Part shown: positions 47,329-61,050 of the stretch, piece by piece
Numbering within the stretch: the stretch's first letter is position 1
Layout: the number at the start of each line of letters is the position of its first letter
Assembly: GCA_039545335.1 (NCBI GenBank)
Contig: BCIN01000002.1
Span: 2,882,678 to 2,946,677, forward strand
Reading direction: 5' to 3'
Origin: Kondoa subrosea
Lineage: Eukaryota
DNA: 64,000 nucleotides
Notes under the pieces: model-generated
Told to the model about the DNA's origin: nothing
The model's input: the letters and a program-made list of their open reading frames with translations, nothing else
Databases searched by the model: none
Made by a program: the position numbers and the translations under genes

Positions 47329-50300
47329 ATGCCTCAACAACCATATTTCGACTTCACTCTACGGCCTCAAATTACCTTTATCCCTCTGCCTTTTGAACGC
47401 AAAAGCCCGACTGTTCGATGGGTCGTGAGCTGGAAGAAATATACAGTCAAGCCTATAGGCGAGAACAGCCCGAGAAAGAAGCGCAAGCTCTCATCTGCCT
47501 CAGGGATACTGGATCAAGACCTGGACACTCTCTTCAGATCGAAACAACATGTCGAAGAACTCGCATCTATAGCTGAACCAGACACTGAGCCCGAACGATA
47601 CAGCTTACGTTCTACGTTGGCCCTGCTGGAGAGCAAGTCTTTCGGTAGAGCGCTGTGGATCTTCGAGATACTGCCTTCAAGCAGTGCCGGCTTGATTGGC
47701 AGCGAAGGGTTACCTGGTTTACAAGGTTTGTGTTCTTTCAGTCCGTAAAACCCACTGGCTGATCTGTGTTGCAGTCACTGCCGCTGGTCAGTTCAGCTAC
47801 GCCAACATCTTTCCAGCCCTTATTGGTCAAGACGGCACTCGCAAGCTCCGTTCAGCGAATAATCTACCCTCACTGTCTAGTCTTACGCCGGCCGCTAAAA
47901 GCCCTGAACTGCAAGAGGCGTACCGCTGCTTTCTGGCTGCTGCTCAGCAGTCGCAAATACAACACACTATACATTCAACAGCCTTCAGTGCAGATGTTGT
48001 TCGTCGCATTTGCGGTGACGGTATACTCTTCTGTTCGACTGACACGGATAATACTACATCATTCATCTATCTGCCTCAAATAATAGCCCGCCTGGAGGGT
48101 TTGGTTGTAACCGCTATCTGGAGAAGCTGTTCTTACAAGCTATGCAAAACTCCATTCATCGACCAAATACTACGTCTCTCTCCCATAAATACAGATGCTA
48201 TATATGTTCGACCATATGCAGTCAACGCAACATCTCTGCGCTGGCACGATGATCCAAAATCTATTTCAGCTGTCAAAGGCACGCAAGAACAGGCAGAATT
48301 ACCAAGACTCCGAGCTCAATTCAAGAACCTCTTTCAATACATTCAAGATTTAGATCTCCAAGATTGGCTGGTAGTGAAAATGCATGTTGAAGGGCAAGAA
48401 AGGGAAGTGGTTTGGCCGAAAGCTTTCTGCTTATCGAGGTGAGTTTAGCGCATCAGAGCGGGAAGTACTCTGACTTATCCTTGCAGTGAGCTGTCACCTT
48501 CACTCAAACGTGAGAATGCTATTTCCGGTCTTGAGCGGATTTCCAAACAAGACCTAGCGCTAAAAACAGGCGAATTGATTGAGGGCATGATCAAAGAGCG
48601 GGATCGAGCAGCAAAAGTGGCTCTTGAAAAGCCTACTGAAGCTATCGAAGTCAAACCTATTGCTGCACCCAAACCTGTCATTCAATTTCCGCAACCCTTG
48701 AACCAGCCTACAGCTCCTCACGCGGCGACTAGTGTTGTTTCTTACGATCCAAAGATCGATCACTTGTCTGACAACAATGTTTCATCGCAAGGTAAGGTAT
48801 CAATCACACAGCCAGCAGAACCGAAGCCTTTCGAGCTGGGCCTGGATTGGATGGCAGATACATCGTCCGATTATTGGAGTGGCTTCGGCACCAATTTTGC
48901 ATCTACTGAACCATCCATCAAACCTCCCAGGAACAGTGATCTGGATATTTTCGACAGCATGATGGGTGGAATGACAGAGGATGATTTCAACTTCTTCGAT
49001 GATCCTTCCGATACACCCGTCGTTCCTACTCAACCTCTCCCATTATCTTTACCTTTGGAAAGCGCACTGACACCCTTCGCATCTGGGACCTCTCCTCAAC
49101 CTTTCATGTCGCCATCTTTCGATTACCCCACACCTCAGACTGTTCCGATATATGCCCAACCAACATCAAATCTACTCCATGGTGTTATTCTACCAGGCTC
49201 AAATTCTTCTTCTTCTCATCCTACCAATACCTCAGATTATCCTTCCACTTCCCCAGGATATCAAGGTCTTTTCGAAGTATCGCCTGCTGCGATGCTATCT
49301 CCAGCCAAAACTCCAGCAACACCGTATACGCCAGCTGTCTTCGATGCCGAATCTCCGCAGATACAAGTAGCACCTCAAACAAGATTGCCAGTCAACTATT
49401 CAGTGCCAACGAACGCTTGTCTAGAGAGTTCAAGTCGCGACCCATTTGCTGTCAAAGCTTTCTCTGCGATCTCATTTAGTGAACTGAATCCTTCTGATAT
49501 ACTGCGTAAATATCGGTTGAACGTCAGCCCCCAAATTCGGAAGCCGCAGAAGACAGCAAAGCTTTCCTCCGTGTATGGGAAAGATCGAAACAAACGCAAA
49601 GTACCACCCAAAGCACCAAAGTTTGTGGCTGCTCTCCTTCGCCAGCATTGGACCCCATCAGAACCGTCAGCAGAAACAGGCTTGAGCGAAAAGTCGTCTG
49701 ATGATGAAGATATTCTCTCTATTCGTTCTGTGCGGATCCTGGAATCGCCTGATGAGATAGAAGACAAATCAATGACTCCACCTATCGAACCTGCTGCTCT
49801 TTGCTTGGAACCTGAAAAGCTATCGGTCGAGGTCGAGACGGATCAGCTGTCTATCACAGCGAAATCAACATGGCAACTGTATGCGGAGCATCAATCTTTA
49901 CGGAGTCTGGCTACGTCTGGTGAGTGCAAACCTGCTTTCATTAAGTGATCATTGAAGCTAAGGAGTGGAGTAGAAATCGTACTTCCCTCAATGTCTCTCT
50001 TATCTGCTACGCAAAAGTGTTCTGTTGCGCAACATGTTACGGCTCTGCATCCACCTAAAATCAAGTTTTGTCGTGCGGGGTCAATAATCCAAGCTGACGT
50101 TGGGATTGTGCCTTTTTGGGAGAGACTGAATTTGGAACCACTGTACGGATCGAAAGATGTCAAAGCTTTTGTGCTATCCTCAAGCAAGAATGACACTGTG
50201 CCAGCTTGGCTTCATAACCTGTCTGCTCTGTACCGGGTGAGTCACATCAGCTTTTCCCCGGTTTTAATGCTGATGCTCAAAGCAAAGGCATCTGGTTTTG

Positions 50301-51575
50301 GCACTCACATGTACAGCAGCGATAGTCTGATTAAAATCTCCACCCAGCTTACCATAAGTTCAATAGCTCCACTGATCAAATCGCTCAGTATGTTTAATGT
50401 ATCCCAAATACTTCCTTTCTGATTGATTGATGTCAGAATCGCATCTACGTAACGATGCACGTACGAAGCTAGTGCTCTACGTGCCCGCCAGCTTGCTACC
50501 GCTGCATGAGCCCGAATTGATTGCAAGCATACTCAGAGGTTTCAGCTGCTCGGCCAAAGTCACCGTCATGGTCCTCTCTCGCCCTTATGTTGAGGATGAA
50601 GTCTTCTCTCCTGCTTTACATCACCTGCAATCACTGCTTTTCGAGCTTTATAACCGCCTAAATTCTGCAACATTCACCAGCATGTCTAGCCAGTCGGCTT
50701 TCACTCTCGCCCGATCAATATCAGAAGGATCAGTGCGTTTCGATGTACAATGGCCTCCACCTACAGTCAACGTCATGGATCGACATCGATTCCTCCATGT
50801 GGCCTATTCGGTATCTGCTGATCAGAAGATGATCTCCATGATCGCAATGGACGATCTTTGTGAAGGCCACCAAATGTCATTCTCAGTTCTCACATCCGGA
50901 AAACAGATTTCTGAAGAGGTCTGGAATTTTACAAAACGGATTCTTCAGCAAAGCGGAACCGAATGGCGTTTATCGATTTGCAAATTAGGTCAACTTAACG
51001 ATCAAGAGCTTTCAGGTCAGTCAACCATTTGTAACGTTCTTCCTCTTAGCTGAACATCCCAAGCAGAATGGGCCGACCTTCTAGAAGACAAAGTGAAATC
51101 GCTCCTCAGGCCATGTCACGTTTCCCTTGTCGCCGTTAACAAGACATCACATATACCACTAGTAGTTTCTACTGCAACACCCGAACCATCAGCAGCTTTT
51201 CCACCTGTCGTGCTGGGTTCATCTTATCAAAACACCTTTCACGCATACCACTATCACGATACTGCGCCAGTCATAGCCTCATCGAAAGATTTCTTCACGC
51301 TTGCATCTGCATCAACATCACTCGCGAGTAGAGCGGCCTACGTATATGCCAAGTCACCAGAATCAGATCATCCATCCCCTGCATTCGATATATACCTACA
51401 TCTTACTTTTCATACGGCAACTTCAACATATTCTGAACCTTTACTCAACTATATGAAGAGCTTAGTCTCCAGCTTGGGCGATTTGGCTTATTTTGCTCAA
51501 GCATTGACAAATACACCTACAACACTACCTTGGCATCTCGCCAAACTAGCTGATTTGGAAAATACTCTTGGATAA
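47329..51575 (+). CDS. MED13: Mediator complex kinase-module subunit 13 (Med13/Srb9/Ssn2)
   Basis: MTEDDFNFFDDP, IVPFWERLNLEPLYGSKDVKAFVL, DRHRFLHVAYSVSADQK, WRLSICKLG and terminal LPWHLA motifs. The start is approximate. Confidence 0.8.
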
Positions 51576-51660
51576 CTTTGCAGTACACAGTCGAGGGTTG
51601 TAGAGTAGTCGTTCACATAAGTCTGCTTGAACAGAGCTTGACGTTGTAGAATAAAGCAAG

Positions 51661-53690
51661 TCAAACCTCCTCCTCTATTGAGAAGGAGCGAACAATAGTT
51701 TTCACTAGCACGCTCAGCGCTACAAGAACCCCAAATGCTACACAAGACCTTGCTGACCATTTTACTCTCGTACTCAAATCGCTACTTAACCGCAAATAAC
51801 ATGCAGCTGGAAAGACTGTTTTTCTTCGTGAGCGCGGCAGACGAGGAAGAGAACCAGCACAGTGCTTACCATATGCTAAAAATGCTGCTGCACATCCTCC
51901 AGCTATTTCCAATACCGCTCCCAAGTCTGAAGTAATGAGCGATACTATGATCATCTTTGCGTCAGCCATATTGTTCTTGGTACGGCAACGGCAGAATACA
52001 TAAGAGGCTTACCTAGCATAGAAGTAAACACTACAGCAGTGGTAATGACGAAATGTCTATTGGCTGAAAAGTTTTGACCGGAAAAGAAGAAAGTTTCCAG
52101 TACTTCTCGACAGACGAAACATTCAAGTGGTAGAGTAGCAAACCTGAGCTCTCGTATAATCAACTACAACCAAGCAGAGAAATAATAAGCGCGAACATGT
52201 TCATCCCGAAACACAGTCGAGCGACATTAGTCCAAGTATCGTCAGCTGGAAAGTTGTTGAGTATGTTCTGTTCGTAGAGTCAGAGTAATCTATAAACCAG
52301 AAGTTCAAAACGCACGCCTTGAGTCTTCTCACCAAAGACTAGAAAACCACATAAAGCCATAGCCAAAGAAGCAATAACGCTGAAACCAGTCGAGAAATGT
52401 GTTAGATGAGCGAAACGATCTAATGTTGGACGAGCTAGTGAACCATAGATGAGTAGAGAATTGTGGTGGCAGACGAAAGCGAAGGAGATGACGCCTTTTC
52501 ACAAAGCATGATCAGCTTCAAGACGTTGTCCCGCGTAGAGGTAGACTTTACCTATAGCTGCTGGAATATCTGGTTGTATGATGGTGAAAGTCTGAGTACC
52601 TTGCAAAGAGCTTGGTAATTGCGGTCCCCGAATTGCGACCACAAAGAGAATGACAAGCATACTGAGTAAAGCCATTGCTGAAGCTTTGGAAAGTTTTTCA
52701 ATGTCGCGATATAGTGATAGAGGGTATGAAACTGAAAGGGTAAAGAAAGCAATGACGAAGTTGCGAGAGAAGATGAACTGGAGAAACCCATTCGTTGTAC
52801 TTGCCGGAACGACGGACACCAGGACGTGTGGTATTGTGTCGCCGATGATAACGCTGAACGCACACATACCTTGAAAGTGAATATTTCACTCAAATGAGAA
52901 GAATGATGAGAGGTTTTGCAGACATACCACCAAAAGCAAAGGCGAATTGGAAGAAGGAACACAAAGCTCGTCCTCTAGGTATGGATGAGCCAAGAAGGAA
53001 GTATTGCCAGATGGACATTTGCTTACGGATAGCCAAAGCATATGTCCATGACTGTTCAATCAGATTAAGGCCAAAGCACTAGAGACGGGAGAAAGATGCA
53101 TACTGCCTATGTAGGTTGACGAGCCGCTGAGCTTAGCGTTAATGATGATGAGATTAATTGTCCAATCCGTGACATAGCCAAGGATCAGAAGTAGAAGTAT
53201 CCCAGATACAAGGCCGGATTCTTTGATTGCGTATGGTAGACCTATAATACCGGCACCAAGAATACTGTTGGACATATCTGTGCGCGGCTTGGGTCAGGCT
53301 GGCTTTGGAGATGACTACTTGCTCAAACGGACTTGCTATTCCTGCGATGAGAGTTCCTCCCTTTTCAATCCACAGAGATTCGCTGCCTTGTTCTGCATCG
53401 AACTGTCGCACGTCTACGCTCCCTCTTCGTTTGCCATCGTCAAGTAAACCTTCCAACAGCGGCCCATCTATCCCTTCTTCCTGTTCATTGGGCTTCCTCT
53501 CCTTATCCAGCGACTGTGACCGAGTTGCCTGAGGCAAATCTTCTGAGCCTAGCGAAAGATCTGCAGCATCTTGCGCGTCTAGCTCATCTGCATCAAGCTC
53601 GAATTCTGCTTCCTTGGACGAGTAGGTTGACTTGAGTACAGGCCGGCCCGCTGCTGGAGGATAAGCTAGACCTGAAGGCGAGCTGTTCAT
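51661..53690 (-). CDS. Amino-acid transporter, Aa_trans/AAAP family (Avt2/SLC38A11-like)
   Basis: MSNSILGAGIIGLPYAIKESG, FAFGGMCAFSVIIGDTIP, SYPLSLYRDIEKLSKAS, ISFAFVCHHNS and TLPLECFVCREV motifs. Confidence 0.9.
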
Positions 53691-53799
53691 CTGGGCATTG
53701 CCTCGGTAATCTTCAGAGAATACGTGCTGTGATCGCGGTTCGTCTTGAACAAGCAAAGCAAGCAGAACAAAGGCGAAAGAGCTCTGAGCAGTGCGTTAC

Positions 53800-56281
53800 A
53801 TGCGCGCTCGCAGGACGGATTCAATTTCAGCCATACGCCAATCAGCCAGTGTTAAAGGGGGACCGCCTTTGCTGCCTCACCCCGTTAATTCTCCTTCAAG
53901 GCCTATCAACTTGTCTGCACGTTCCTCGAATTCTGCCCTGCGTCTGCTGCCTAAATGGGCTCAGAAGTGGATCTTGGGCAATGCTAGGCTGCTCACACGC
54001 AAGAGATATGTGGTACACTTGTTTCGACTTGCATTGCTATGTCTCCTACTCCTCATTGTCTTTCGCTGGAAATTGCGGCACGATCCAGTCTTTCGACAGA
54101 CGATAGAAGACTATCAAAACAATTACAAGATAGAATATGGCTCGCATCCCTACGCAAGATTGAAACTCAGCTCAAGGCAAGCTGCCAAGATTTACGCTTA
54201 TGAGATAGCAGCCGGACGCTATCCTTCTTCTGCATCTCCTCCAGCATCCATACAGAAAGAGTTAGACAAGCTACAATTGGTCAATCCAGCCGTTCCCTCG
54301 AGTCATGCGCCAACTTTCTCTCACTCTATTCCCAATTCTGGGTCTTCGAGATCTTACCTTCCAGCACTTCGATCTTCTAGCTATGACGGCGCAGCACCAA
54401 GACCTCCTCGGAATGGTGTTATCGACTTGGCCAGAGTCATGGATCTTTGCGCCTTCGAAAATAACCGCTATGTGGTAGACTGCCTGTCAGTCCTTTCAGC
54501 TGCAGGTGGCATACAATTAAACACATCAGCAACGCAATCTCAAACACCTTCCATACCTGCAACAGTAGATCATCAGCATTTGTACACTATAGACAACCCT
54601 TCGTTACAGCATCCCCGCTACGATACCTTAAGAGAGCCCTTGACCGACGTGTTGGATCGGGTTCTGGCCTCTGACGCAAATTCAGCAACTACACTTCCAA
54701 CTCCTCTTTCTTACGTAATGCCTACAAGCTATCTTTCCCTTCTTGATGAAAGCACCGCCTGCGATCATAACCTCTCACCCAAAATATTCCACGTCTTCTG
54801 GACCGGTCTTTTCACTGACAAACCTTACGCCTTAGCTTTATCTTTCCTTTATACTCAAAACCTAGGACTGAATTATCCCATCGACGCAACTGATTTCCCT
54901 TTTTGTCGACCTCAACTATGGTTCTGGCTCGTACCTGGAACAGCTGCTTCTTCCGTTCGACCTCATCCGAAAGCTTTTCAAAAGATGATGGCCGATTTAC
55001 AACAGAACGTTTGGGCTGCTCCTTTATTGCACGAGAGGTTCAAGCAAGTCATTAAATTTCATATGTGGAACACTACGGAACAACTAGAAGCAATACCAGA
55101 ACTAAGAGGTCAATGGCAAAAATTACCTTTGTTCAAAAGTGGAGCCTATGTTTTGGCGGATGTTCAATATGGAGATGTGGTTAAAGATGAAGCTGAGATT
55201 GGGATAGATGAAGATGTAGGGGAGAAAAAGAAAGAAGCAATTGAAGCGGATCCGATTTTGGGTAGAGTTCCTTCAGCAAGCAGCAACACATATGATAAAT
55301 TGGCAGTGGTGTTGAGTGATATGGCAAGATTCGTTTTGGCTCACCGATTTGGTGGAATCTATTTGGACGCGGATACTTTGTTGTTGAGGGATTTTGAAGA
55401 GTTGTGGAATTACCCTGGCGCTTTCGCCTATCGTTGGAGCAGGATGCCTCAATTCAATACCGCTATATCAAAACTCAACAGAGGAAGTGCTTTGGGTTCT
55501 TTCATCATCAAGACTGCTTTACTAAATCATTTGGACTTTCATCCGTATGCTTGGTCGTTTGTTTGCTATACATCTCGCTCATATAAAGCATCAGGCATTC
55601 TGTGTGGCGATTTTTGAAGAGAGAAGGACTACTCGAGCTGTATTTGAGATTACCGGACGCTCTCTTCGATCCTGCTTGGCTAAAGTAAGCCATTCCTCTC
55701 AACCCCGACGTGAACGGATGCTCAGTATAGCTACAGCACTGAATATTTTCAGCGAGATAGACCTCCGTATCCCTACTTCCAAGCCTTTAGCGGTCAGTCA
55801 TGTCTTTTGTTTTCAAGAGAAGTTGATGCTCAATTCTCAAATTGCAGATTTCTTTGAACCGCCAAAGCAGAAAGACGTTACCCCAGCAATAGAAGACTTC
55901 TTCACTGGGGCCTTCACTTATCATTATCACAACCAGATGTATGTCTTTCCCGATAATTACGATAAAGCAATTCCGACCATGTTTAACCGTTCAATTGACA
56001 GGTGGACTTCTTTCGACGAAGAACAGAATTGGCCAAATATACCTTCGGCACCTTTTGATCCGCTGCGACGGACTCAGATTAGCAATGCTAGAGCTGCACC
56101 AAAAACTTTGTCGTGGGGAACGACTATAAAGAGATCGTTTGAAGCTTTCTTGCGTGGGGAACGGACGAACATGGTGGGTCAACCCTATTGCCTTTCATGC
56201 TATAATGTCTGATTCTGCTTTGGCTAGTATGGGGAACAGATCAACTGGAGCAGTAGAGAGCACGAGATAGACAAGCGATGA
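53800..56281 (+). CDS. Glycosyltransferase family 32 (DXD-containing), type II membrane protein
   Basis: Single TM segment near the N-terminus; IFHVFWTG, LSDMARFVLAHRFGGIYLDADTLLLRD, LPDALFDPAWL and FTGAFTYHYHN motifs. Confidence 0.85.
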
Positions 56282-56936
56282 CCAATGTATGTACACAGTA
56301 CACTGGCGGTGAATTGCTTCTGTTGTAGCATTAGGCAGCAAAGACGAGACATTTCTTCTGGCTGCGTTAAACTGTGCATGAGGTTTCTCCACAACAGCCT
56401 TCAATCTAGTGAAGTTCTCGCTACGATATGTCTATATATGCCATGATTCATCTCGTCGATGCCTGTTCGGTTTAAATGCATCGAACGTCCATTCATTCGT
56501 AACTTCTCGGAATACGAAATCTGATACGAAACCCACGAAAGCGTTAGTCAGCTGACTGCGATTTGGAGATGAAAGACTCTCGATACGCTGTACTATACTC
56601 ATCTGAGCTGTTCTGAGCGCTGTTATAGCGGCTTTATCTCGATTCTGCGCGTGCGATTTGTTGTGAAGGGACTTCGATTCATTCACTCCCGCAGATCTAT
56701 ATCTCAATCTCAGCCTTCATAGGAGACTCACAATAGCTGTACTGCGCATTGTTGAGATCTTGGTTTGGCACGATATTCCTCTTCTTTCGATTTGTCGGAA
56801 TTGATGTCTGTACGTCTTTTAATCAATTTTCAGCCATACGCCTCATCCGGGCTGAACTTTGAACTACTGTAAATGTCTGCTTCTCTTTTGTTCTTCCCTG
56901 TCTTTTCGACTTGCGACGACTTTGACGGGAATCGAT

Positions 56937-57938
56937 ATGGCTCTTCAGGCACTGATCCTGTCGCATGAAGGCTGCAACGTACTCCTGGCTAGCAAATCGT
57001 ATGAGGTACGTTTGGACTATTGTTCAAACTAATCGGAGCTGATGAATATTGTATGCAGCATGCTCTAGCTCAAGCGGCCTCTCATTTCGGCATACCAAAA
57101 TCCGATGTACACTTCCAGATCAAATTGAACGAATCGCTTTATGTCGATTTGGTCTCTCAAGATTCATTTGATGGCTTGACTAATCGTGAATTGGTGTACG
57201 TAAAGCGCAAAGCTGAACTAGCACAAAGTGAGCTTTCTCCATTTCTTATCGCGGGAAGCTTAATGTATGTGCTTGATCAGTCACGCCGTTATCACGCACT
57301 CCTTCGCCTTCGAGAAACTCATACCAGCATCCTCTGACCCTTCAGCTTCGCCATTCTCGCTCTACCTCTCTCTCGCTCGACCGCACAGCGGAAGAATCGT
57401 CGATTGATCGTTACAAAAGGCTAGTTTACGAGGATGTACCAGAACCAGCTCTCACAGTACGTACTTTTGTGCTGCTTGCACGTCTAAAAGCTCATAGTTC
57501 ACTCACAGAACACCACAATCGTCAGAGATTCGCTACCAAGCATTCTTAGCTCGACCTCGCGTCGCCGAAACTCTACAGTCCGCTTCACTGAACCACTCTC
57601 ACCTAAAGAACAATTAGAAAGAGAACCGCCTGCTTCTGCTCCGCCAGCTTACAGTCGTACACCTATTTCACCTCAACCAAGCGGATCAAGATTGAATTTA
57701 GCAAAAGATATCTGCCTCATTCATCCTCCTCTTAGTCTACCACCTCTTTGGCGTTCTGAAGTCCATCAAAATAACAGGAAGAGGAGTTCTTCAGAAAACA
57801 AGCAGTCATCTAAAAGATTGCTTCGAAACAGTATGTCGTTTTACATTTACCCCGAGGTTCCGTACTGATTGTTAATACTTGGTAGACTCGTCACTCGAGT
57901 TGGCGACTTCTCGTCCTGATTCACCAATGCCATTCTAG
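56937..57938 (+). CDS. Hypothetical protein, 5 exons; small folded N-terminal domain plus Ser/Pro-rich tail with PPAY
   Basis: Four canonical introns splice MALQALILSHEGCNVLLASKSYE/HALAQAASHFGIP.../...SAPPAYSR.../...DSPMPF* without stops. Largely missed by the ORF track. Confidence 0.65.
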
Positions 57939-58431
57939 AGTCTCTCTTTTCAACACCACTCTTTGGATTCGGTCACAATCACATGTATAAGTTTCCCTCC
58001 CTGTCGTCAATGGTTGTTGTATAGCATCAAAAGCACTCTTCTTGGTATATAGGAGCTTGTAGATAGGCTCTTGTATTCAGGCAATTGGCGTTCACTTTGT
58101 GTAGTACAAGCTATTATTACTCTCTCGCTACTTCTCTCGCAGTGCTTTTGCTATGCCATCGAACACTGTGTAGTGAGACTTCTAGACCGATTGCAGCTCG
58201 ACATCTGACGATAAGCGAAAATTTTCATTACTTTGTCGGATTTCGAGTCTTTTGAGACAACCAATCTCAAGTCTCGCTTCACACAAGCAAGCAAACAACA
58301 CATACATACACACAAACGCCTTAGACGATCTCGCCTAGAACATTTAGACATTTGTAAGTATACACCTGACCTGTATTTCAAAGGCGCGCGAACTAAGCTT
58401 GCCCTCTCCTATTCCTGCATTGCTACAGACA

Positions 58432-60776
58432 ATGACTTCCAATGGACCAGCTAATCAGACTTACACTGAAGGACCTAGCAATCAAGTAGATGTAATTGAC
58501 ACTCAGGCAGGAAGAATTCTATGCGTGGCGGATGTGAGAGGTGCGGTCTGCGTACTTCAAGCAGTGAGACGCTGCTAAGATGATATGGGGATTGTACAGG
58601 TAAACTGTCTACTCTGAATGCCCTGGCCATAGAACACAACGCCAAAGCAATTATTCACACTGGAGATTTTGGTTTCTATGGTCAGTCTCTTGCCGTGGCC
58701 TGCATCTTCATGCTTCGTTCGCTGAAAGATATGACAGAATCCTCTTCACTTCAAAGAGTATCAGATCGGACGCTCAAACATCTGATTCAATACTCCAATT
58801 TGATTTCACCACCTTTCCGAGCTCAATTGCTAGCACCACATGTTCAACCTTCGCAATTACGTCAAATGCTCGCTTCAGGTCCACCAAACAATCAAGGAGC
58901 TTCCACTTCATCTTCCTCTTCTAATCAAGCTTTCGCTCTATCCGAATTCCCACTTTTGCTTTCTGGAGAACTCAAATTCGTCGTACCAGTCTACACCGTT
59001 TGGGGCGCATGCGAAGATGTTTCCGTTTTGGAAAGGCTTCGGGTTGCTCCTCCTGGCACAATCACAGTACCAAACAACCTTCAAAATGCTCAAGCTTCAG
59101 GTCAAGCTTCAGAAAAACCTAATTGGTCTATTCCCAACTTGACTGTCTTGTCCGAATCTTGTTCTCGAGCTTTGGTTATTGGCAATGTTCGATTCAGACT
59201 GTTTGGATTAGGAGGTGCTTGCGTGCAACACAAATTGTTTGATAATGGTGAAGGTCAAGCAACTATTGCTGGTGGTGGTGGAACAATGTGGACAACAATG
59301 TTGCAAATTGGTGAATTGGTCGATACTGCTCAAAGAGTTTACGATCCTTCAGAAACTAGAATTCTTATTACTCACGCTTCACCTGGAAGAGAAGGCATGC
59401 TCGCTCAATTGGGTTTAGTCCTAAAAGCAGATTTATCAATCTCCGCTTCCCTACATTTCCGTTATGGTGTTTCTTACAACGAATTCTCGGTTCAACACGA
59501 TCAAGAAGCTTACCGAAACAAGTTTGTTGTGGCCAAAGCTTCCTTCAATGAAGTTTGGGATACCGTTAAAGGTCAAGTAGAGGCTGTTATCGAGTAAGTC
59601 ATAGATTTTGATCTATCAGGATAATACCGATGGATTTTTTCTGTGGTTTACAGCGAACAACAACGCAAATTCTTAGCCAACGCTTTAGCTGTCGTCAATC
59701 GTCTACCAGCAGAAGCACCTTCAGCCGCAGCAGCATCAGCTCAACAGAATGCTCGAGTGGAAGAAGAATCTGCTTGGAAGAATTCTTGGAACTGGAATTT
59801 GCCGGACGCAGCGTTCGGTAGTCTAGTCTTAGATGTGAGGGACGGTCGAGTGAGCTCAGAGATGAAGTCTCAGGGTATGTCTGCGCCTTGAACTGATCGG
59901 TGTAAGACTGATGCTTCTTTCGTGGGGTGTACAGGCTTCAACTTCTCTTACCGTGCTGGAGCTTCAAAACCAGCACCGACTGGTCCAGCAGCTATTCCTT
60001 CAGGTCCAGCAAAACAACAACACCAAAAGAACGGTCCAACACCTTCAGGACCAAAGGCTCATCAACAGCAGCAGCAATCTCAATCTAAGCCTGCTCCTTC
60101 TCAAAAAGACAACAACAAGTCTGAGAACTCTTCAGCTCCTTCGCAGCAACAACAACAGCAGCAATCGAAACCTCCTGCTGCATCTCAAACCAATTCCGCA
60201 CCTCCAGCTACGTCGGATAAAGAAGCTGCTCAACCTTCTTCTTCAACGACACAAGCTAACAACTCGCCTAACCTCGATCGACCTACATCCGCTGCTTCTT
60301 CTGCTCCCCGTCGTCCTTCTCACCAGCAGCACAAATCTCAGAAAACCGCTTCAACAGATGCGTCAGCTTCAGGAACAGAAGCCACTACTCCAGCTGCAAC
60401 AACAGAAGGCGGAGACCGCAACGCTTCATCGCCTGCTCCAAATCACCCTAACCAGAACCAAAACCAGAATGGTAGAGGCAGAGGAAGAGGTGGAAACAGA
60501 GGAGGAAGAGGTTCTTTCGATGGACCTAAAAGAGGCGGTCGAGGTGGTTTCAACAACCAAAGAGGAGGAGGTCATCATTCTCAACAATCTTCGACTGGAG
60601 GAGGAAAAGATTCTCAGCAACAAGCTGGTCAAGCTAATGCTGATGGAGCTTCATCATCTCCTTCGACTTCCTCTGCGGCACCTGCTGCTCAAAGTCAACC
60701 AGCGGCTGCTCAAGCTTCTGCTGATGGCGCGTCTTCCTCAGCGAAACCTAACGGATCTGGAATAGGTTGGGAGTAG
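58432..60776 (+). CDS. DUF2433-family protein (calcineurin-like metallophosphoesterase fold) with Gln-rich/RGG C-terminal tail
   Basis: GRILCVADVRG, IIHTGDFGFY, VPVYTVWGACED, LITHASP and SASLHFRY motifs; RGRGRGGNRGGRG...RGGRGG tail; probable 5'-UTR intron at 58353-58428. Confidence 0.82.
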
Positions 60777-61050
60777 AACTCATCAAGAAGAACAAAATAC
60801 TAAAAGACAATAATAGCATGAGATACTTGAAGTCGGGAGGGAGGTTGAGGGGCATGAAATTTGATTATTCGCATGCGAGAATTCATGGCACTTTGTTGCT
60901 AGTCTACGTCCAAACATTGACATCCTTCGTGCGCGTAGAACAGAAATAGGAATGCATGCAAGTAAATAAAATACAAGGCTATCTGAGGGAGCAAGATGCA
61001 GAAGAAACAAGGACAGGCGCTCGCCGCGGCGCCTCTACCCGTCTCCTTCA

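Noticed and set aside
16039..56281. Possible glycan-modification cluster (MFSD5, methyltransferase, GT15, acyltransferase, GT32)
   Set aside because: The genes are spread over 40 kb and interleaved with unrelated housekeeping genes; there is no evidence of clustering.
56195..56707. Two minus-strand ORFs in the same frame separated by one TAG at 56432-56434
   Set aside because: No recognisable homology or clear start exon, and the distal part is antisense to the last GT32 exon. Too weak to count as another interrupted gene.
59911..60765. Second 284-aa ORF overlapping the DUF2433 tail in another frame
   Set aside because: A Leu/Gln-rich shadow frame produced by codon bias of the low-complexity real frame; its start lies in an intron.
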